Positions 53,216-64,000 of a stretch of DNA of 64,000 nt are shown in pieces. Position 1 is the stretch's first letter; every line of letters starts with the position of its first letter. The position numbers and the translations under genes are program-made. The stretch comes from Lytechinus pictus. Lineage: Eukaryota. The notes beneath the pieces are model-generated. The model was not told the origin of the DNA. It saw nothing but the letters and a program-made list of their open reading frames with translations, and did not search any database. The stretch spans positions 44,208,001-44,272,000 of the forward strand of contig NC_087245.1 of NCBI RefSeq assembly GCF_037042905.1, read 5' to 3'.

Positions 53216-53979
53216 GTCTCTCCTACCTTCTAAAATTAAAACAGTCCCTCGGACACAGTTTAGACGCAGGACAAATAATGCTCTGACAACCAAACTAACT
53301 TCTCATCAGCATCAGTAAAAATGTGAATGGGCTTGTAAAACTAATACTAAAACTGATCTAACATTGAACTTAAATCGACTTTGAAATTGATTTTAAAATC
53401 GATTTTAAAATCAATTTTGAAATCGTAATTATACCTGTCCTAATTATTCTATCAAACCCTCTTTTCCCTCCTCTTCAAAACCACTCTGCCACTTTCAGAC
53501 AGTTGGCTAGCCACGATATCGCCTTGTCAATCCTTATTATTTAGTCCTCCTTTAGGGCTCTGTCTATGGGATTTTAATGTTGTTTAATACAGGAAGAGCC
53601 CTAAAGGAGGAGTAAATGATAGGGATTGATAAGGCGATATCGAGGCTAGCCAACTGTCTTAAGTATGTTTGAGCTTTTAAAATCGATTTAAAATACAATT
53701 ATAAAATCGATTTTAAAATTATAACTGTCTAAAAGAGGCAGAGTGGTTTTGAAGAGGAGGGAAAAGAGGGGTTGATGGAATAATTAGGACAGGTACAATT
53801 ACGATTAAAAAAAAAAATTAAAATAAATTTTGAAATCGATCTAAGATCAATTTTAGATCAGTTTTAGTATTTTAAAAGCCCATTCACATTTTACTGATGC
53901 TGACGAGAAGTAAGTTTCGTTGTAAGAGCATTATTTGTCCTGCGTCTAATTAATTAATTTCGGAAAGGTAGGAGAGACA
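53216..53979. repeat. ~760-bp foldback (palindromic) element
   Basis: TCTCTCCTACCTT..TAGACGCAGGACAAATAATGCTCT..TCCTCCTTTAGGGCTC mirrored across a ~35-bp spacer. Confidence 0.85.
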
Positions 53980-54581
53980 GATGGAGACCATTTATTTGTG
54001 TACAAGAGTGTGCTCGTCCATTCGTTCATGTACAAATTGATGAAGCTATAGAAGTCCATGCGCCTTCGCACTTCAGATTTCTAGCTCAACTTATGAATAT
54101 TTCATGTATCATAGCGTTTCCATGTACGGAAAAAATATTCGCTACCGGGCTTCTTGATACCAGAGCTCGCTTGAAAAAAAAATCGCCGATACGCGCTAGA
54201 GATCGAATTATGCGCAGGTCATTTTTACCACTAGTTTTCCCCAGACGTCACTAGTATCCACTCAATGAGTAGACAGGAATAACCGTCGTTTCTGGGGATT
54301 TATTCAACAATTTCTGACATTTTACTGTAATCCCCATTGGAGCCAACGTAGTTCAGCGGAACAACCAAAATACAGAGACTGAAGCTTTTGGTCTACTCAA
54401 TGAGATACAGATGGCGCTATTTGCACTGTCTATCGCTATCATCTCTATGGTCTCTATTCACTGCTTGTTTTCCATTCCAAGGAGCTCTATCATGGATCCA
54501 GAATTGGATTGAGAGGTTAGCGGATCCAGGAAGGGGGTGAGAGTGTTCAGCCGCCCCCGGCCTAAAATTAATTTTTACTTA

Positions 54582-57500
54582 TTGTTTCACTGACAAATGA
54601 TACAAGCTATCTGATTGGCTAAGGGCAAATTATTACAAATGAAACGAGCTATCTGATTGGCTAAGAGCAAATTATTTCATTGACAAATGATACAAGCTAT
54701 CTGATTGGCAAAGATCAATTTTTTTAACTGACAAATGAAACACGCTATCTGACTGGCTAAGAGCAAATTATTACAAATGAAACGAGCTATCTGATTGGCT
54801 AAGAGCAAATTATTTCATTGACAAATGAAACGAGCTGTCTGATTGGCTAAGAGCAAATTATTTCATTGACAAATGATACGAGCTATCTGATTGGCTAAGA
54901 TCAAATTATTTCATTGACAAATGAAACGAGCTGTCTGATTGGCTAAGAGCAAATTATTTCATTGACAAATGATACGAGCTATCTGATTGGCTAAGAGCAA
55001 ATTATTTCAGTGACTAATGGTACGAGCTATCTGATTGGCTAAGAGCAAACTGTTTCACTGACAAATGAAACGAGCTATCTGATTGGCTAAGAGCAAATTA
55101 TTACAAATGAAACGAGCTATCTGATTGGCTAATAGCAATTTTTTTCACAGACAAATGAAACGAGCTATACGATTGGCTAATAGCAAATTGTTTCACTGAC
55201 AAATGATACAAGCTATCTGATTGGCTAAGAGCAAATTATTACAAATGAAACGAGCTATCTGACTGGCTAAAAGCAAATTTTTCACTGACAAATGATACAA
55301 GCTATCTGATTGGCTAAGAGCAAATTATTTCAGTGACAAATGATACGAGCTATCTGATTGGCTAAGAGCAAATTATATCAGTGACAAATGGTACGAGCTC
55401 TCTGATTGGCTAAGAGCAAATTGTTTCATTGACAAATGAAACGAGCTATCTGATTGGCTAAGAGCAAATATTTTCACTGCCAAATGAAACAAGCTATCTG
55501 ATTGGCTAAGAGCAAATTATTACAAATGAAACGAGCTATCTGATTGGCTAAGAGGACATTATTTCATTGACAAATGATACGAGCTATCTGATTGGCTAAG
55601 AGCAAATTGTTTCACTGACAAATGAAACGAGCTATCTGATTGGCTAAGAGCAAATTATTACGTAGACCCTGGTTTAATCAGTCTGTACTTGTTGCTCGCC
55701 AGCACCGACGTAAAGCAGAACGTAAATGGCGTAAAACACGACTAGATTCAGATCGCACATTGTTCATAGAAGCTAATAGGAATGTATGCCAAATCATTGA
55801 TACCGCTAAAGAAGATTTCTTGAAAGATAAGTTAGGTTCGTGTTCTGTCAAGGAGGTATATCAGATCATTCATTCACTTTTGAACAAGAAGTCGAATCAA
55901 CTTCCCTTATACGAATCTGCAGCCAGATTAGCTCATCAATACTTTTTGTTTTTTGTCAACAAGGTAAGGAGAATAAGAGCTGAACTTGATGCATGTACTG
56001 TACCTGTTAACATTCAGTTTAGTGATACTGAAAATCAAAATATTCCACTTTTCGCAGAATTTCAGGTGCTTTCTCAGTCAAATGTATCCAGAATCATTAT
56101 GTCTTCGGCTACTAAATCCTCCCGACTTAACCCCATTCCTACATGGATTTTGAAAGAAAACATTGTTCATTTATTACCATTGCTCACAAATGTAATCAAT
56201 CAATCTCTTTCTACATGTATTTTCCCTGATCAAGCACATTCAGCAATCATCAAACCTTTTTGAAGAAATCAGGGTTGGATGTAAATGACATCAGTAATTA
56301 TAGACCGGTCTCAAACTTAACATTTCTAGGTAAACTCATCGTGAAGGCGGCATGCACTCAACTAGCTGATCATATTGAATCTAATAATATTTTTGATCCT
56401 CTCCAATCTGCCTATAGGCCAGGTCACAGCACCGAGTCAGCTCTGATCAGAGTAAAAAATGACATCATGTTTTCTCTCGACTCAAATAATGTAGTTTTTA
56501 TGGTGCTGTTAGATTTATCTGCCGCGTTTGATACAATAGATCATAACATTTTCATATCTCGGTTATTCAATAGAATAGGCGTTAGGTCCAAAGTCTTATC
56601 CTGGTTCCAATCATACCTGTCTGGATGGACTTCGCAAGTTGATATTGATGGCACATTGTCAAGATCCCATAACTCTAGAATTTGGACTCTCGGGGGTCAA
56701 TAGTCGGACCCACAGGTTACTCAATATATACTCTTCCAGTTGGTGATATCATCCGAAATCACTGTATCAATTATCATTTTTATGCTGACGACATACAAGT
56801 ATATGTTTCTTTTGATCCGAAGACTCCTGGAGCTCTCAATAATGCACTGGTTAAACTCCAGAATTGTATATCAGATATAAGACAGTGGATGATAGTGAAT
56901 AAGCTAAAATTAAATGACAAAAAAACTGAATTTTTTGTTGCGGCCTCTACTTATAACTTGCGCAATCTTCCAAATGTTCAACTTGATGTTGATGGTACAC
57001 TCATTAGACCATCAGAAAAAAATACGAAACATTGGTGTCATATTTGATTCCCGCATGTCAATGTCGTACCATATCTCTTAAGGAACATTTCTAGAATCAG
57101 AAGATTCATTGACCATTCTCCCTGTCACAATGCTGTTCGTTCATTGGTTCTGTCTCGTATCGATTATTGCAATGGGCTCCTTTCTACAATTCCCTCTAAT
57201 CAATTAATCCGTATTCAACGACTACAAAATTGGGCAGCACGATTAATTTTACAGGTTTCCCGAGATCATCCTTCCCAACCACTCTTTAATTCTCTTCACT
57301 TGCTTCCTTTTAAACAGAGAATTACGTTCAAATTACTCTTGATTGTCTACAAACACTGAATAAACAGGCTCCACAGTATTTAAGTAACTGCTTGAATCTG
57401 TATACACCAACTAGAGCACTTAGGTCGGCCAGTGATCACCCTCGCCTCACATATTCATTAACTCGTACATTAGCTGGTGACAGAACTTTTACGGTGTCGG

Positions 57501-58178
57501 CTTCAAAATCCTGGAACGACCTGCCACTAATAATTAGACAGTCTCCAACATTAGCAATTTTCAAAAAGTCATTAAAAACTCATCTCTTTTGTACTTTGTA
57601 GTTTTTTAAAATATTACAATTAATTACTTCATTGTAAGCGCTTTGGGCCTAATGGGAAAAGCGCAGTACAAATAATAAGTAATAATAATAATAATAATTA
57701 CAAATGAAACGAGCTATCTGATTGGCTAAGAGCGAATTAATTCACTGACAAATGATACTAGCTATCTGATTGGCTAAGAGCAAATTGTTTCACTGACAAA
57801 TGATACAAGCTATCTGATTGGCTAAGAGCAAATTATTACAAATGAAACGAGCTATCTGATTGGCTAAGAGCAAATTATTTCACTGACAAATGAAACAAGC
57901 TATCTGATTGGCTAAGAGCAAATTATTACAAATGAAACGAGCTATCTGATTGGCTAAGAGTAAATTATTTCACTGACAAATGATACGAGCTATCTGATTG
58001 GCTAAGAGCAATTTTTTTCACTGACAAATGAAACAAGCTATCTGATTGGATAAGAGCAAATTATTTCAGTGACAAATGATACGAGCTATCTGATTGGCTA
58101 AGAGCAAATTATTTCACTGACAACTGATACGAGCTATCTGATTGGTTAAGAGCAAATTATTTCAGTGACGAATGATAC
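54582..58178. repeat. 48/42-bp tandem repeat with a CTGATTGGCT core, split by an L2 insertion
   Basis: About 23 units left and 10 units right of the LINE; unit TTTCACTGACAAATGATACGAGCTATCTGATTGGCTAAGAGCAAATTG. Confidence 0.95.
55661..57700 (+). mobile_element. 5'-truncated L2-clade LINE
   Basis: PWFN, RRKAERKWRK, NYRPVSNL, QSAYRPGHSTE, LDLSAAFDTIDH, FYADD and WNDLP, with frameshifts. 3' TGTAAGCGCTTTG..AAAAGCGC stem-loop and (TAA)n tail. Confidence 0.93.
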
Positions 58179-58557
58179 ATGATGCATGTTTTTTAAGGAG
58201 GTGTGTGAAATTAGGATTAAAAATAATAGTAATATAAATACATTTTCAAGAATTTGATCGATGGTCTTATAATAGACTTATACATGTGTAGATTTATTTA
58301 TTTATTTCACCAAAAATATACAAATAGACTTAAATTACAGAAATTGTAATGATTATGAAAGTTTAAGGTATTCATTAAGAAAGTTATAATTATTATGTAT
58401 GATTTATCTTTTTCATATTTTAGATTTTTTAACATTTCAAGTATTTGCGAGAAACATTTCATGTATATATTTTTGGCGATGATGTGTAAAGTCTCTGTGT
58501 TAGAACGAATTGTACATCTTGAAATGTTTTATATTTAATCAATTAATAAATATGATA

Positions 58558-59332
58558 CAGTCCGACCTCTCTTATCCGGCCTCCCCTTATCCGGATCTCT
58601 CTATTATCCGGACGCACACTTGCCGAGATTTTTTTTTTTTTTTTTTTTTCAATTCAATCTAATACGTGAGGAAATGAGATTGCAATCTAAACTCAATCCT
58701 ATACGCAAACTCACTTTGATTACATATATTTTCCAATATAGTCTACCTAAAACAACATTATTTTTCATGAAAATTTCTCACCCAAATCACCGAAAGAACT
58801 TGGGCAGGATAATTTCCAGTAAATAGGGGCGCAGTGCAAACATTTCATCACATTCTCTTTTTGTTTCCCAGGAAAAACAACAGATGTCTCGCTAGCTAAC
58901 GCTAGGCCTCAATACAGACAGCGCCATCTATCATGTTTGAGCCTACAGTCAGTATAACAATGGCTGACATTGCAAAGCTGCGATAGCCGCCGCGATGATC
59001 TAATTGTAAAACTTAGTTTCATCGAGTCATTCATTCTCTTTCTTTCGAGGTATGCTCGATTTATACCTCAATCATTTTAGCAGGTAAATTATCCAACAGT
59101 TTTGGCCATCGTTCGATTTCATTTCCGTAAAAATACCGCCTATAATTTGCACTGACACTGCAGTGAATACTGTCTGTACGCCCATTACAATAGATAACGT
59201 ATGTAGCTACCGCTGTTGCGGGGATTGAGGCAGCAGCTGCGTGTATTTAACATTGGGTCTCCCAGATCCGGATAAATCCCTTATCCGGATTGGTGCTGGT
59301 CCCAACGTGTCCGGATAAGAGAGGTCGGACTG
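58558..59332. mobile_element. pogo/Tigger-like (Tc1/mariner superfamily) MITE
   Basis: TA|CAGTCCGACCTCTCTTATCCGG ... CCGGATAAGAGAGGTCGGACTG|TA, a perfect 22-bp TIR. Confidence 0.9.
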
Positions 59333-59659
59333 TATTTATGAACGTGTTTGTGTTCTTGTAATTAACATTTTATTTCATGCAATGAACATGTTGTGTTATT
59401 GAAAATATTATTGACAATATGGATTCTGAGACATTTCCCTACAGTACTTTTTTTTTTCTTTCTTTCCCTTTTTCTTCTTTTTTTGCTCCGCCAATAGGGG
59501 GATCCGCCTTTGGATCCCCCCTCTCACGTGAATGAAAATACATCCCTACATTACAATAAGTAAAAAAAAAGTATTGGAAGTGCACTGTTATTACTTATTT
59601 TTTAGCTATCATCCATATTCTTCTTCTTCTCAATTGTTATTATTAGTATTAATATTGTT

Positions 59660-59932
59660 ATCTTAAAAAAAATCTTAAAATCCATATTTTATTGTTCGAA
59701 ATAGACACCAGAAATGAAATACTCCGAATTTTTTTTTTTGTCCAATTGATCGTGGGCCCGGCAGCCGCTGTGCAGCGCCAGATCGACGAAGCTCTATCCC
59801 TTTTAATTTAAAACGCCAAACAGGGTAGCAGCAACTCCCATCTTTTAACGTCTTTTGGTCTGACGCGGCCGGGGTTTGAACCCTCGAACTCCCGGTTGTG
59901 AGACGGACGCTCTACCAACTGAGCCAACACAC
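59660..59932 (-). mobile_element. tRNA-derived SINE with a Meta-like domain
   Basis: A box TGGCTCAGTTGG and B box GGTTCAAACCC, then GTCAGACCAAAAGACGTTAAAAGATGGGAGTTGCTGCTACCCTG, which resembles the MetaSINE core as I recall it. Confidence 0.75.
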
Positions 59933-60012
59933 ATATCATTATTATAATTATCATTATTATTATTATTATTATTATTGGTCTAATGACCACATTGTCTAAT
60001 AGCCGATTGTCG

Positions 60013-63000
60013 TTTCTTTTTAATTTACCTTCCTGGCTTTTCTATAACATCTGTACACTCACTTTATCACAAAGAAATGCATGAAATATACAGATGTGTT
60101 ATGTAATGACCAATTTTAATGTTACTCCTATAGTCTAGTGCCCTATGGATTTACACACATCCTACCGGCTTATTATATTCACTCGCGTTCGTAATCACTC
60201 GCGTCGCGTTGGTAATCACACGCGTTTTTGATTTTCAGGCGATTTTTTTTTCATTTCGGTGCGATTTTTTTTCTAACGGTGTCTTCAATGGGACAAACAC
60301 GCTGGGAAAATAAAATGAAATTGAAATTCGAGTTTCGTTTTTTTAAGCCGGCAAGTGCCTTAAATAAGATGTACTCGACTACTGTTTTAACATAACAAAC
60401 AAGCAAATCAGCCATGTGGCTCAACTAACTTAGAATAGATCCGGACTTCTACTGTGTCTTATACGAGGACTCCGAGTCGGAGTCGGATATTACATCGTAT
60501 CATTCCCATATGCGGACATGCCTGCATGCAATGGCCCCAAGGCGGCCGGACCCAGCCGCGGTCGGACACGACGTGCATCGGTAGCATGTAGCAAGCTAAC
60601 GTGAGTCGAGCTGAGTTAGATCCCACGTTACATATGAGGCGCCGATTGTACCAATATTATATAGAACAATTATTTGTTACATAATCATTATTCATTAAAT
60701 AATAACTATTATTTATATATAATTTACATTCTATTTGTAAATAATTACTATTATATAAAATAACATTTCTAATTATTTATATATAATTCCAAGTAATACT
60801 TCATTATTTGTAAATAATAATAGTTTGACATTCTATTATTTATAAATAATGATTATTTATAAATAATGGGATATTCAAACAAAAATGTTATTTATAAATA
60901 ATGAAACACGATGAATTTTCATTATTTATAAATAATGGGAAACTCAAAAATTATTTATAACTAAAGAAATGTGCACTGGCATTGTTAATAGATTGTTAAT
61001 TATCATTTAAAAATAATAGAAAACTCGACAAACTTATTTATAAATAATAAAAAAACAAATTGCAATTATTCATGAATAATGAAGTATGCAGTGTCATTAT
61101 TTATAAATAATGAAACACAAAAATTATTATTTATAGATAATGAAAAACAAATAATCATTATTTATAAATAATGGAATGTCGAACTATTATTATTTACAAG
61201 TAATGAAGTATTACTTGGAATTATATATAAATAATTAGAAATGTTATTTTATATAATAGTAATTATTTACAAATAGAATGTAAATTATATATAAATAATT
61301 ATATAATATTGACTGGTCTTGAGGGGAACATCAAATATATTGCCAGCAAAAGAATCATATTGGCCCGAGTCTTTAGACGAGGGCATATGGGTCTTTTAAG
61401 GGCAATATATTTGATGTTCCCCGAAAGAAGGGCAGTCAATATTTTTATTATCATCCAAATCAGATATCTAGAGCAAAATATCAGTGATATCTTTTAAGAA
61501 TAGAGTTCTGTTGTGTCATGATAATATCAGTGTCTAGGCCCTGCACTTTACCATTATGACTTACTTGCAAGCGCCCAGATCCAGCGTTGTCTTTATTATG
61601 ACGTAGATCGTTGGTGCGCGGAACATTATGAAGCGTATCACTTCATTCGCATCCTCAAAGGCCCGGATGTGAGACCAGGGAAAATACAAAGGTATATTTT
61701 GCGTCGTCTCTGCATGCAAAGTCAATACACGCATTGAGACCAAGGAAAATACAAACAATATACCTATCCCTTCCTGATAATAATAAAATACAGGGAAATA
61801 TGGTTTTGTAAATGACCAGCTCAGATGTCTGATACGAGTAATAGTTATTATTTAATGAATAATGATTATATAACAAATAATTGTTCTATATAATATTGGT
61901 ACAATCGGCGCCTCATATATAACGTGGGATCTAACTCAGCCCGACTCACGTTAGCTTGCTCCATGCTACCGATGCACGTCGTGTCCGACCGCGGCTGGGT
62001 CCAGTCGCCTTGGGGCCATTGCATGCAGGCATGTCCGCATATGGGAATGATACGATGTAATATCGATGTGGCAGATATGGCAAGTTCCGACTCGGAGTCC
62101 TCGTATAAGACACGGTAGAAGTCCGGATCTATTCTAAGTTAGTTGAGCCACATGGCTGATTTGCTTGTTTGTTATGTTAAAACAGTAGTCGAGTACATTT
62201 TATTTTAAGGCACTTAATTGCCGGCTTAAAACGAAACTCGAATTTCAATTTCATTTTATTTTCCCTGCATGTCTGTCCCATTGAAGACACCGTTAAAAAA
62301 AAATTGCACCCAAAATTAAAAAAAATCGCCAAAAATTCAAAACGCGAGTGATTACGAACCAGCACGCGACGCGAGTGATTACAAACTGCCATCCTACCTG
62401 CCTATATGTAGCACGACAATGGATGCAATGTAGGGCCAAACATCCTATAATGCAAAATTGTAGATAAGCATAGTGTGCATATCTGGATGCAAGTACTGCC
62501 CACAATTATAAATACCAGATTCACACAAGTTAAATAAAAAGAAATGAGAATTAACATACAAGCGTACTATACATTCACATCTTCCTATGACAAGGGGTGT
62601 AAGAGAGAGATAGGGAGAGAGGGGATTAGATGGCTTGTATTCTAAAGGAATGGGGACTAGTCTGGCTAGAAATAAGTAAAAGTTAGAACAAGATAGCAGT
62701 AGCACTCATTCTCAGCCACCCCCCCCCCCCCAGACATACTCACCATGCTTTTCTCCCCCTCCCCCCTCCCTTTTGAATCCACCACTATTCAGTCAAATTC
62801 TAAAGTTCTCTGTTCTCACAATTGCAATTGATCAAAGCCTATCTAATGTTTAGTATCCTGTAATGGGTGCTATACACGAATACAGCAGTGCTCGTTGGTA
62901 TACAAAAACACACGAAAACATGCAACGCAGAGGTAACATTAGCCTACACAGCCTAGCCTAGCCTCGTTATACAAACACAGATGATCTACTAATCACAATT

Positions 63001-64000
63001 TGTTTCCTGATATACCCCCTCTGTAGCCTTGAACATAACCATCAAGTTCAGTTTTTGGACCTCTTGATGGCTGAAACATGCATACTAGTGAAAATAATTT
63101 GATACTGAAGAGTTTGGGCTGGTGTTTCATCCACTAGGGAATTCCCCTTGTAATATAGGCCTAGTCTTGGTTGTATTATATGGCACATGAAGGTTTCTTT
63201 TTTTATTTAACTTCCTGGCTTTTCTTTAACATCTGTACACTCACTTTATCACAAAGAAATGCATGAAATATACAGATGTGTTATGTAATGACCAATTTTA
63301 ATGTTACTCCTATAGTCTACTGCCCTATGGATTTACACACATCCTACCTGCCTATATGTAGCTCGACAATGGATGCAATGTAGGGCCAAACAATTGAACA
63401 TCCTATAATGCAAAATTGTAGATATGCATAGTGTGCATATCTGGATGCAAGTACTGCCCACAATTATAAATACAAGATTCACACGAGTTAAATTTGATTA
63501 CAATAAAAAGAAATGAGAATTAACATACAAGCGTACTATACATTCACATCTTCCTATGACAGGGGGTGTAAGAGAGAGATAGGGAGAGAGGGGGTTAGAT
63601 GGCTTGTATTCTAAAGGAATGGGGACTAGTCTTGCTAGAAATAAGTAAACGTTAGAACAAGATAGCAGTAGCACTCATTCTCAGCCACCCCCCCCCCCAG
63701 ACATACTTACCATGCTTTTCTCCCCCTCCCCCCTCCCTCTTGAATCCACCACTATTCAGTCAAATTCTAAAGTTCTCTGTTCTCCATCCCTTTCCCATGA
63801 ACCAATTTCACAATTGCAATTGATCAAAGCCTATCTAATGTTTAGTATCCTGTAATGGGTGCTATACACGAATACAGCAGTGCTCGTTGGTATACAAAAA
63901 CACACGAAAACATGCAACGCAGACGTAACATTAGCCTACACAGCCTAGCCTAGCCTCGGTATACAAACACAGATGATCTACTAATCACAATTTGTTACCT
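60013..64000. repeat. Tandem duplication with a ~950-bp unit (at least 2 copies, running off the window)
   Basis: 60013-60166 plus 62399-63194 matches 63195-64000 closely. Confidence 0.9.
60167..62390. mobile_element. 2.2-kb foldback DNA element with GGC..GCC ends and an 8-bp TSD
   Basis: ~500-bp inverted arms; ATCCTACC at 60159-66 and 62391-98. The empty site is visible in the neighbouring repeat copy (~63341). Confidence 0.88.

Noticed and set aside
54582..58178. CRISPR-like array next to a reverse transcriptase
   Set aside because: The units are head-to-tail with no unique spacers, there are no cas genes, and the RT is a frameshifted L2 LINE inserted into the array.

Overview
This is AT-rich, transposon-saturated eukaryotic DNA. 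By inference it is from a deuterostome invertebrate, most likely a sea urchin, judging from the Deu- and Meta-domain SINEs, poly-G/C tracts and repeat types. It holds one well-supported protein-coding gene: an intact 5-coding-exon clan-2 (CYP2-like) cytochrome P450 on the + strand (ATG 16675 to TAG 45277; 1503 nt, 500 aa; all canonical P450 motifs and phase-compatible GT-AG junctions). Almost everything else is mobile DNA: CR1-group, L2 and I-group LINE relics, tRNA-derived SINEs, many non-autonomous TIR or foldback elements, and three tandem arrays. The most striking structure is in CYP intron 3 (17 kb), an up-to-five-level nest: LTR-like host > 5-bp-TSD hAT-like element > TAG..CTA Academ-like element > Tc1-like element > LINE, with a 9-bp-TSD MULE-like element as a side branch. 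Two composite elements (Academ+Tc1 and hAT+hAT) occur twice each with different flanks, showing that they moved as units. I found no evidence for a novel protein-coding system; the interesting signal is structural and TE-related. Superfamily labels rest on termini and TSD rules, not on database searches.
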